A stretch of DNA of 7,192 nucleotides, taken from positions 1 to 7,192 of the IMG/VR virus record IMGVR_UViG_3300005860_000274, one strand, 5' to 3'. The position numbers were made by a program, and so were the translations under genes. The notes beneath the pieces were generated by a model. It had not been told where the DNA came from, searched no databases, and saw nothing but the letters and a program-made list of their open reading frames with translations. This document shows, piece after piece, positions 1 to 6,864 of this stretch. Each line of letters begins with the position of its first letter. The first letter of the stretch is position 1.

Positions 1-328
1 AATAAGATCCTTGCTGGTGTGCATTTTAAATTTTATTGACTTTTCTTCCTGCTAGCGTGCAAAGTCAATCTTATTAAATCCTTCTTTTGCTGGTGTGCAG
101 AGGCTCTTTTATTGACATTCAATATTGCTCATGTGCACATATGAGGTTATTGAGCCACCATTTTGCTTGTGTGCATAATACTTATTATTGAACTATTTCT
201 CTTGCTTATGTGCGAACGGGTTATTATTAAACTTTTTCATTGCTTATGTGCATTTCTTTTCTTATCGAAACTTATAATTGCTTAAGTGCAAGATGAAACT
301 TATTGACTCTTGTTCTTGCTTGTGTGCA
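1..328 (-). repeat. TIGR-like dual-repeat array (mirror copy of 6865-7192)
   Basis: Reverse complement: recurring TGCTNNNGTGCA and TTATTGA at ~38-nt period. Confidence 0.9.
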
Positions 329-330
329 AA

Positions 331-1362
331 CTATTTAATAATCTTTTTCTTCTTAAGCCATGTTATTACCTCCTCTTTATTTATCCCTAACTCCTTTATT
401 ACTTTTTCAAACGTAGCTTTATATTTAGTTGTTTTAATATCAACGTAGTAATCATTCACTGGAGCAATTATAAAGTCTTCGTGTTTACTTATGACTTCGT
501 ATTCCTTACCCAAAACTACTTTGTAAGCCTCAGGCAATGGTACTCCTTCACGATAATGTAAAGAGATAGCAAAGTACTGTGATAATAGTAAGGATATTGC
601 TTTCCTGATAGCAGTTCTCTGTACTTTTAATTTAGGCCAGTCTGGGTGTTTAGATGCTATCTCCTCTTTGAAACTCTTTATTATCTTAGCATAAACACCG
701 CCAGCTAATATGAGGTTATTAGCCAGAATCCCCAGTAAAAACGTCTTAACAGTCCTGTTGTACTTAACATTTCTCGCTGATGTACCAATGAGTTTAGTAT
801 TATCATTGGGGCATAACCACCCGTCTTTAGAGGGAATGGCTGGTTTACCATTGCTTGACTCACCAGCGTAATAATAATATCCGCATTTAGGGCATGTAAA
901 CATCACTGCCAGTCCCGCATATTTCCTGAACTTATTGATATTATATTGGAATCTTGGAGGAAACGCATAAACGATAAGTCTTGCAGCGTTAGCTGGTCCT
1001 ATACCCCTAATAAATGCTAAGAAGTTGGTAAACTCTGGGAACTTGGTAACAGCATCCGCTATAAGTCCTTCAACTATTTCTTGCTGTTTAAGTAATTCCA
1101 TGTATCTTTGTACGAGTTCGTCCGACGGAGTTTCTTCAAGAATTCTGACTGGTTCACCGCATATTGGACACTTATCACGTTTTTCATCTTCCTTAAGCAA
1201 CACTAAATGATTATTCTTACATAACGAATATCTCCTGATAAAGATCCAACTGTTTTTCTCTTTTTTGGCACCTATTCTATTACCATATGCCACACGAAGT
1301 TTAATTAAGTCGTCTCTAAACGCTACAAGATCCCTTAAATTCACCAAATCTTTTTCACTCAT
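331..1362 (-). CDS. TasA-like IS110/Nop-related protein (mirror copy of 5831-6862)
   Basis: Identical translation in the inverted arm. Confidence 0.85.
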   Translation of the reverse strand: MSEKDLVNLRDLVAFRDDLIKLRVAYGNRIGAKKEKNSWIFIRRYSLCKNNHLVLLKEDEKRDKCPICGEPVRILEETPSDELVQRYMELLKQQEIVEGLIADAVTKFPEFTNFLAFIRGIGPANAARLIVYAFPPRFQYNINKFRKYAGLAVMFTCPKCGYYYYAGESSNGKPAIPSKDGWLCPNDNTKLIGTSARNVKYNRTVKTFLLGILANNLILAGGVYAKIIKSFKEEIASKHPDWPKLKVQRTAIRKAISLLLSQYFAISLHYREGVPLPEAYKVVLGKEYEVISKHEDFIIAPVNDYYVDIKTTKYKATFEKVIKELGINKEEVITWLKKKKIIK

Positions 1363-1508
1363 ATTTCCATCCCCTACATGGAAAAAAGAGAGAGGATTTA
1401 AAAAGTTTTCGGTGAGAGGTTGTGGTTGTAAGCTACCCCGCCTCAGAGAGGCAAGGTTTTCCGCCCCCTTAACCCCCATTTCTATAAAAGATCGGAAAAA
1501 GTACGGGC

Positions 1509-1871
1509 TTATTTTATTCTCTTCAAATGAAAAGGTTCGTATAACGGATTAGATGGTATCTCTTCATGAAGTTTCCTAATTCCTTTTTCTGAAATAACAT
1601 ATTTCTCAGCAAATAGAGTGTCTTCCCATGCTTGTAGACCTAGTTTCTCCCTCACTTCATCGAAAATAATTCTGTGTTCGTCATCACCTAACATCATACG
1701 TAATGCGAGTTGTTTATCTATATCTATGTCCTTAGGTAGAATTGCATATATATGCCAACCCTTTCTTGTAGTAAACGTATAAACTTTACAACCGATATAT
1801 TTAAGAAGAAAATATGCCCTCATGACTTGAAGTTGTGTAGGCTTATCAAAATCTAACTTTAATAGTCTCAT
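1509..1871 (-). CDS. Small AEP-like protein (mirror copy)
   Basis: Identical translation in the inverted arm. Confidence 0.6.
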   Translation of the reverse strand: MRLLKLDFDKPTQLQVMRAYFLLKYIGCKVYTFTTRKGWHIYAILPKDIDIDKQLALRMMLGDDEHRIIFDEVREKLGLQAWEDTLFAEKYVISEKGIRKLHEEIPSNPLYEPFHLKRIK

Positions 1872-1941
1872 AAATGAAATTTAAAGAGTGTGTATTTAAA
1901 GTTTTCCCTACATCTAGGGACGAGGCTTGCTGTTCGCTTCA

Positions 1942-2280
1942 TCAAATATGAAATAATGCCGAAATTATTATACCAATAGTTAAACTGATAGCAGACGAGA
2001 TGCCTGCGGATATAGATATCAGCTTTAACATCATACTATCTAACTGTGATATACGCTTATCGTATTCTTCAATCCTCTTATTCATTTCTTTAATTTCGCC
2101 ATTAAGAATATTATTAAGCGTGGAAATTTGGTTATGTAACTCGTTTAATTGTTCAGTGGTAGCCTTTAATTGTTGTTGAATTGATGCTATATTGTATATT
2201 AACCCATTAGTTACTCCAGAACCATATATTATTCTCTCTAGTTTCTCTATTCTATTTCTCAAATCATTCGTATCAGACAT
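1942..2280 (-). CDS. Coiled-coil/TM protein (mirror copy)
   Basis: Identical translation in the inverted arm. Confidence 0.85.
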   Translation of the reverse strand: MSDTNDLRNRIEKLERIIYGSGVTNGLIYNIASIQQQLKATTEQLNELHNQISTLNNILNGEIKEMNKRIEEYDKRISQLDSMMLKLISISAGISSAISLTIGIIISALFHI

Positions 2281-2928
2281 TCACACCACCTTTATGACTA
2301 AGTTAGGGAACGCCGTCGGCATACTAACGTTTGTTGTGAAATTGTATATTTTCACTACCCACGGTAGAGTAACTGGTGTAACGTTAAAACCAGTTTGTAA
2401 CATATAATCAAACCATTGGAATAAACACCAGAATACTAGATATGTATGTAACTTCTCTGGAGTTACTTCAACTAAATTATATATCAGTTGTTTTACACCA
2501 TTAAAACCGCCTTCTGCAATAGTGAGCTGGGAGTTAGGCGGTACTTGAAATACGAAAGCTACTATCTTATTATTAATCATACCAAGCGAATATGGAGGTA
2601 TATTATTAAGGTTTTGTATTGGAAAGCTGACTGTTTGCCCGCATATTTTACCAGCATAATCTGGATAATACGCATTGCCAAATGGATATGGTTCTACCGT
2701 GAAATTATCAAATACTGCACCCCTATAAATCACTACATATTTGGTTTCAGACGTACCGTTAGTGATTACCCAATTTACTATACCATTATTTTGATCCACG
2801 TTGGCAGATAATGTAAGTCCTTGAGCTGATGGATTAGAGATAAGTACTGGTTTTGGTAATTTGTGATGTATGTGAAAAGGTATTCTTTGCCTATAAAATA
2901 TCTTAAGCTTATGTATGATAGCCATCAC
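2281..2928 (-). CDS. Hypothetical 215-aa protein (mirror copy)
   Basis: Identical translation in the inverted arm. Confidence 0.8.
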   Translation of the reverse strand: MMAIIHKLKIFYRQRIPFHIHHKLPKPVLISNPSAQGLTLSANVDQNNGIVNWVITNGTSETKYVVIYRGAVFDNFTVEPYPFGNAYYPDYAGKICGQTVSFPIQNLNNIPPYSLGMINNKIVAFVFQVPPNSQLTIAEGGFNGVKQLIYNLVEVTPEKLHTYLVFWCLFQWFDYMLQTGFNVTPVTLPWVVKIYNFTTNVSMPTAFPNLVIKVV

Positions 2929-2970
2929 TAATATGGAAACATTAAATATAAAAAGAATTTCTTGGAAATT

Positions 2971-3168
2971 TTAGGCTACAAGAGATAGTAAGAATATACC
3001 AATAATTATTAGAACTAGACCTCCGAAACCTTCTAGTAGACCTACTAAATTCTTTATTATCATATACCCTCCTAGTCCTATAAATACTACAGCAATAGCC
3101 GCTATTGCTGCCTTTCCATATGGCGAAGATGTAATTGAATCGACCAAATTTGAAACACTTTCACTCAT
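2971..3168 (-). CDS. Small two-TM membrane protein (mirror copy)
   Basis: Identical translation in the inverted arm. Confidence 0.75.
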   Translation of the reverse strand: MSESVSNLVDSITSSPYGKAAIAAIAVVFIGLGGYMIIKNLVGLLEGFGGLVLIIIGIFLLSLVA

Positions 3169-3287
3169 TGTACATCATTAGTTACGAAACACAAGAAAAT
3201 AAAAAGTTTTCTTTTATTCATCCACACTTTTATTAAAAGGTTTTAAATATTTTCTAAAAAATAGATTATCAAAAAATAAATAACTTT

Positions 3288-3569
3288 TCAAGAATTAAAA
3301 TGCTTGAATATGTATGTTATACCGACCGCTACTAATATTAGTCCTATGATGAATGAGAGTGTTGCGAATCCTACTGTTGAGAATAATGAAAGGATGAAGA
3401 ACGACGATACTGAAAGAAGCACTTCAACGGACCATGCTAATCCGTGAACTATTATTGAATATTGGTTTTTGCTACTAAGAGCAGCACGCTGAGTGAATAT
3501 AGCTAAAACACCAAATATTAGTTCTACTAAAACGATATAGATGGATACTATTGCTGATATCATTTGCAT
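3288..3569 (-). CDS. Small three-TM membrane protein (mirror copy)
   Basis: Identical translation in the inverted arm. Confidence 0.7.
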   Translation of the reverse strand: MQMISAIVSIYIVLVELIFGVLAIFTQRAALSSKNQYSIIVHGLAWSVEVLLSVSSFFILSLFSTVGFATLSFIIGLILVAVGITYIFKHFNS

Positions 3570-3626
3570 CAATAATATATTATCACATCAATAATATATT
3601 ATTGATGTGATAATATATTATTGATG
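3567..3626. repeat. Nested repeats at the palindrome centre: three ATAATATATTAT 12-bp palindromes at 19-bp spacing
   Basis: ATAATATATTAT at 3572, 3591 and 3610. The 17-bp direct repeat ATAATATATTATTGATG occurs at 3591-3607 and 3610-3626. Confidence 0.85.
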
Positions 3627-3905
3627 CAAATGATATCAGCAATAGTATCCATCTATATCGTTTTAGTAGAACTAATATTTGGTGTTTTAGCTATATTCAC
3701 TCAGCGTGCTGCTCTTAGTAGCAAAAACCAATATTCAATAATAGTTCACGGATTAGCATGGTCCGTTGAAGTGCTTCTTTCAGTATCGTCGTTCTTCATC
3801 CTTTCATTATTCTCAACAGTAGGATTCGCAACACTCTCATTCATCATAGGACTAATATTAGTAGCGGTCGGTATAACATACATATTCAAGCATTTTAATT
3901 CTTGA
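3624..3905 (+). CDS. Small membrane protein with three predicted TM helices; ~93 aa
   Basis: Three hydrophobic segments, followed by T-rich terminator-like sequence. The start is ambiguous (TTG 3621, ATG 3624 or ATG 3630). Confidence 0.7.
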   Translation: MQMISAIVSIYIVLVELIFGVLAIFTQRAALSSKNQYSIIVHGLAWSVEVLLSVSSFFILSLFSTVGFATLSFIIGLILVAVGITYIFKHFNS

Positions 3906-4024
3906 AAAGTTATTTATTTTTTGATAATCTATTTTTTAGAAAATATTTAAAACCTTTTAATAAAAGTGTGGATGAATAAAAGAAAACTTTTTATTTTCTT
4001 GTGTTTCGTAACTAATGATGTACA

Positions 4025-4222
4025 ATGAGTGAAAGTGTTTCAAATTTGGTCGATTCAATTACATCTTCGCCATATGGAAAGGCAGCAATAGCGGCTATTG
4101 CTGTAGTATTTATAGGACTAGGAGGGTATATGATAATAAAGAATTTAGTAGGTCTACTAGAAGGTTTCGGAGGTCTAGTTCTAATAATTATTGGTATATT
4201 CTTACTATCTCTTGTAGCCTAA
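4025..4222 (+). CDS. Small membrane protein with two predicted TM helices; 65 aa
   Basis: Two hydrophobic Gly-rich stretches (AAIAAIAVVFIGLGGYMII; GFGGLVLIIIGIFLLSLVA). GAAAACTTTTTA promoter-like motif at ~3982-3993. Confidence 0.75.
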   Translation: MSESVSNLVDSITSSPYGKAAIAAIAVVFIGLGGYMIIKNLVGLLEGFGGLVLIIIGIFLLSLVA

Positions 4223-4264
4223 AATTTCCAAGAAATTCTTTTTATATTTAATGTTTCCATATTA

Positions 4265-4912
4265 GTGATGGCTATCATACATAAGCTTAAGATATTTTAT
4301 AGGCAAAGAATACCTTTTCACATACATCACAAATTACCAAAACCAGTACTTATCTCTAATCCATCAGCTCAAGGACTTACATTATCTGCCAACGTGGATC
4401 AAAATAATGGTATAGTAAATTGGGTAATCACTAACGGTACGTCTGAAACCAAATATGTAGTGATTTATAGGGGTGCAGTATTTGATAATTTCACGGTAGA
4501 ACCATATCCATTTGGCAATGCGTATTATCCAGATTATGCTGGTAAAATATGCGGGCAAACAGTCAGCTTTCCAATACAAAACCTTAATAATATACCTCCA
4601 TATTCGCTTGGTATGATTAATAATAAGATAGTAGCTTTCGTATTTCAAGTACCGCCTAACTCCCAGCTCACTATTGCAGAAGGCGGTTTTAATGGTGTAA
4701 AACAACTGATATATAATTTAGTTGAAGTAACTCCAGAGAAGTTACATACATATCTAGTATTCTGGTGTTTATTCCAATGGTTTGATTATATGTTACAAAC
4801 TGGTTTTAACGTTACACCAGTTACTCTACCGTGGGTAGTGAAAATATACAATTTCACAACAAACGTTAGTATGCCGACGGCGTTCCCTAACTTAGTCATA
4901 AAGGTGGTGTGA
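4265..4912 (+). CDS. Hypothetical protein, beta-rich composition (N/V/T/P/Y), possibly a virion or surface protein; 215 aa
   Basis: Long ORF in the co-directional gene run. TTTTATAT TATA-like box at ~4241. Start is GTG 4265 or ATG 4268. No family recognised. Confidence 0.8.
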   Translation: MMAIIHKLKIFYRQRIPFHIHHKLPKPVLISNPSAQGLTLSANVDQNNGIVNWVITNGTSETKYVVIYRGAVFDNFTVEPYPFGNAYYPDYAGKICGQTVSFPIQNLNNIPPYSLGMINNKIVAFVFQVPPNSQLTIAEGGFNGVKQLIYNLVEVTPEKLHTYLVFWCLFQWFDYMLQTGFNVTPVTLPWVVKIYNFTTNVSMPTAFPNLVIKVV

Positions 4913-5251
4913 ATGTCTGATACGAATGATTTGAGAAATAGAATAGAGAAACTAGAGAGAATAATATATGGTTCTGGAGTAACTAATGGGTTAATATACA
5001 ATATAGCATCAATTCAACAACAATTAAAGGCTACCACTGAACAATTAAACGAGTTACATAACCAAATTTCCACGCTTAATAATATTCTTAATGGCGAAAT
5101 TAAAGAAATGAATAAGAGGATTGAAGAATACGATAAGCGTATATCACAGTTAGATAGTATGATGTTAAAGCTGATATCTATATCCGCAGGCATCTCGTCT
5201 GCTATCAGTTTAACTATTGGTATAATAATTTCGGCATTATTTCATATTTGA
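4913..5251 (+). CDS. Coiled-coil protein with C-terminal transmembrane anchor; 112 aa
   Basis: Heptad-like L/I periodicity (IQQQLKATTEQLNELHNQISTLNNIL...) followed by a hydrophobic C-terminus. The ATG directly follows the upstream TGA, with an AGGTGGTG Shine-Dalgarno-like motif. Confidence 0.85.
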   Translation: MSDTNDLRNRIEKLERIIYGSGVTNGLIYNIASIQQQLKATTEQLNELHNQISTLNNILNGEIKEMNKRIEEYDKRISQLDSMMLKLISISAGISSAISLTIGIIISALFHI

Positions 5252-5286
5252 TGAAGCGAACAGCAAGCCTCGTCCCTAGATGTAGG

Positions 5287-5300
5287 GAAAACTTTAAATA
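5287..5300 (+). promoter_or_regulatory. Archaeal BRE + TATA promoter of the AEP-like gene, probably giving a leaderless mRNA (mirror 1893-1906)
   Basis: GAAAAC-TTTAAATA, with the TATA box starting 29 nt before ATG 5322. Confidence 0.7.
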
Positions 5301-5321
5301 CACACTCTTTAAATTTCATTT

Positions 5322-5684
5322 ATGAGACTATTAAAGTTAGATTTTGATAAGCCTACACAACTTCAAGTCATGAGGGCATATTTTCTTCTTAAATATATCG
5401 GTTGTAAAGTTTATACGTTTACTACAAGAAAGGGTTGGCATATATATGCAATTCTACCTAAGGACATAGATATAGATAAACAACTCGCATTACGTATGAT
5501 GTTAGGTGATGACGAACACAGAATTATTTTCGATGAAGTGAGGGAGAAACTAGGTCTACAAGCATGGGAAGACACTCTATTTGCTGAGAAATATGTTATT
5601 TCAGAAAAAGGAATTAGGAAACTTCATGAAGAGATACCATCTAATCCGTTATACGAACCTTTTCATTTGAAGAGAATAAAATAA
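5322..5684 (+). CDS. Small archaeo-eukaryotic primase (AEP/prim-pol)-like protein, catalytic core only; 120 aa
   Basis: LLKLDFD fits AEP motif I (hhhDhD). TTRKGWHIY fits motif II (S/TxxGxH). LGDD supplies a candidate third acidic residue. It has its own BRE/TATA 29 nt upstream. Confidence 0.6.
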   Translation: MRLLKLDFDKPTQLQVMRAYFLLKYIGCKVYTFTTRKGWHIYAILPKDIDIDKQLALRMMLGDDEHRIIFDEVREKLGLQAWEDTLFAEKYVISEKGIRKLHEEIPSNPLYEPFHLKRIK

Positions 5685-5715
5685 GCCCGTACTTTTTCCG
5701 ATCTTTTATAGAAAT

Positions 5716-5765
5716 GGGGGTTAAGGGGGCGGAAAACCTTGCCTCTCTGAGGCGGGGTAGCTTAC
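5716..5765 (+). mobile_element. GC-rich hairpin resembling an IS200/IS605-family terminal palindrome (solo end/remnant; mirror 1428-1477)
   Basis: CCTTGCCTC-TCT-GAGGCGGGG stem-loop (5737-5757, two G-T pairs) followed by TAGCTTAC, in a GC-rich patch within AT-rich DNA. The resemblance to IS200/IS605 ends is from recall. No tnpA or tnpB is present. Confidence 0.45.
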
Positions 5766-5782
5766 AACCACAACCTCTCACC

Positions 5783-5797
5783 GAAAACTTTTTAAAT
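5783..5797 (+). promoter_or_regulatory. Archaeal BRE + TATA promoter of the tas-like gene/array (mirror 1396-1410)
   Basis: GAAAAC-TTTTTAAAT about 35 nt upstream of ATG 5831. It matches the archaeal purine-rich BRE followed by TTTAWA. Confidence 0.65.
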
Positions 5798-5830
5798 CCT
5801 CTCTCTTTTTTCCATGTAGGGGATGGAAAT

Positions 5831-6862
5831 ATGAGTGAAAAAGATTTGGTGAATTTAAGGGATCTTGTAGCGTTTAGAGACGACTTAATTAAACTTCGTG
5901 TGGCATATGGTAATAGAATAGGTGCCAAAAAAGAGAAAAACAGTTGGATCTTTATCAGGAGATATTCGTTATGTAAGAATAATCATTTAGTGTTGCTTAA
6001 GGAAGATGAAAAACGTGATAAGTGTCCAATATGCGGTGAACCAGTCAGAATTCTTGAAGAAACTCCGTCGGACGAACTCGTACAAAGATACATGGAATTA
6101 CTTAAACAGCAAGAAATAGTTGAAGGACTTATAGCGGATGCTGTTACCAAGTTCCCAGAGTTTACCAACTTCTTAGCATTTATTAGGGGTATAGGACCAG
6201 CTAACGCTGCAAGACTTATCGTTTATGCGTTTCCTCCAAGATTCCAATATAATATCAATAAGTTCAGGAAATATGCGGGACTGGCAGTGATGTTTACATG
6301 CCCTAAATGCGGATATTATTATTACGCTGGTGAGTCAAGCAATGGTAAACCAGCCATTCCCTCTAAAGACGGGTGGTTATGCCCCAATGATAATACTAAA
6401 CTCATTGGTACATCAGCGAGAAATGTTAAGTACAACAGGACTGTTAAGACGTTTTTACTGGGGATTCTGGCTAATAACCTCATATTAGCTGGCGGTGTTT
6501 ATGCTAAGATAATAAAGAGTTTCAAAGAGGAGATAGCATCTAAACACCCAGACTGGCCTAAATTAAAAGTACAGAGAACTGCTATCAGGAAAGCAATATC
6601 CTTACTATTATCACAGTACTTTGCTATCTCTTTACATTATCGTGAAGGAGTACCATTGCCTGAGGCTTACAAAGTAGTTTTGGGTAAGGAATACGAAGTC
6701 ATAAGTAAACACGAAGACTTTATAATTGCTCCAGTGAATGATTACTACGTTGATATTAAAACAACTAAATATAAAGCTACGTTTGAAAAAGTAATAAAGG
6801 AGTTAGGGATAAATAAAGAGGAGGTAATAACATGGCTTAAGAAGAAAAAGATTATTAAATAG
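5831..6862 (+). CDS. IS110/Nop-domain-related RNA-guided protein without RuvC (TasA-like, TIGR-associated), with two zinc-ribbon insertions; ~343 aa
   Basis: It begins directly at the IS110-like coiled coil (LRDLVAFRDDLIKLRVAYGNRI). It has FIRGIGPANAARL...KFRKYAGL (Transposase_20/Nop-like), YNRTVKTFLLGILA, RTAIRKAISLLLS and a YREGVPLPEAY...KH tail. There is no N-terminal DEDD RuvC domain. I place the start at ATG 5831 rather than 5714 because a BRE/TATA (5783-5796) and a purine-rich GGGGATGG lie just upstream. A dual-repeat array abuts the stop codon. Confidence 0.85.
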   Translation: MSEKDLVNLRDLVAFRDDLIKLRVAYGNRIGAKKEKNSWIFIRRYSLCKNNHLVLLKEDEKRDKCPICGEPVRILEETPSDELVQRYMELLKQQEIVEGLIADAVTKFPEFTNFLAFIRGIGPANAARLIVYAFPPRFQYNINKFRKYAGLAVMFTCPKCGYYYYAGESSNGKPAIPSKDGWLCPNDNTKLIGTSARNVKYNRTVKTFLLGILANNLILAGGVYAKIIKSFKEEIASKHPDWPKLKVQRTAIRKAISLLLSQYFAISLHYREGVPLPEAYKVVLGKEYEVISKHEDFIIAPVNDYYVDIKTTKYKATFEKVIKELGINKEEVITWLKKKKIIK

Positions 6863-6864
6863 TT

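Noticed and set aside
3586-3598. Resemblance of CATCAATAATATA to the adenovirus ITR origin
   Set aside because: It is a short AT-rich coincidence, and nothing else in the window is adenoviral.
5714-5830. 39-aa N-terminal extension of the 382-aa ORF
   Set aside because: It overlaps the GC-rich hairpin and a BRE/TATA promoter. ATG 5831 is the more plausible start.
4382-6168. Antisense ORFs of 107, 71, 95 and 61 aa (and mirrors at 2488-2811, 2192-2407, 1265-1552, 1025-1210)
   Set aside because: They are shadow ORFs opposite better-supported genes, with no motifs or expression signals.
6784-6794. Match of unit-3 spacer A (tgaaaaagt, extending to 11 nt of the reconstructed target) inside the tas-like gene as self-targeting
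   Set aside because: The rest of the spacer-B half does not match, and a short A-rich match is expected by chance.
5831-6862. Intact IS110 transposase / insertion sequence
   Set aside because: The N-terminal DEDD RuvC domain and the P-x4-SG catalytic loop are absent. The ORF is intact with its own promoter and an adjacent array, so it does not look like a decayed IS either.
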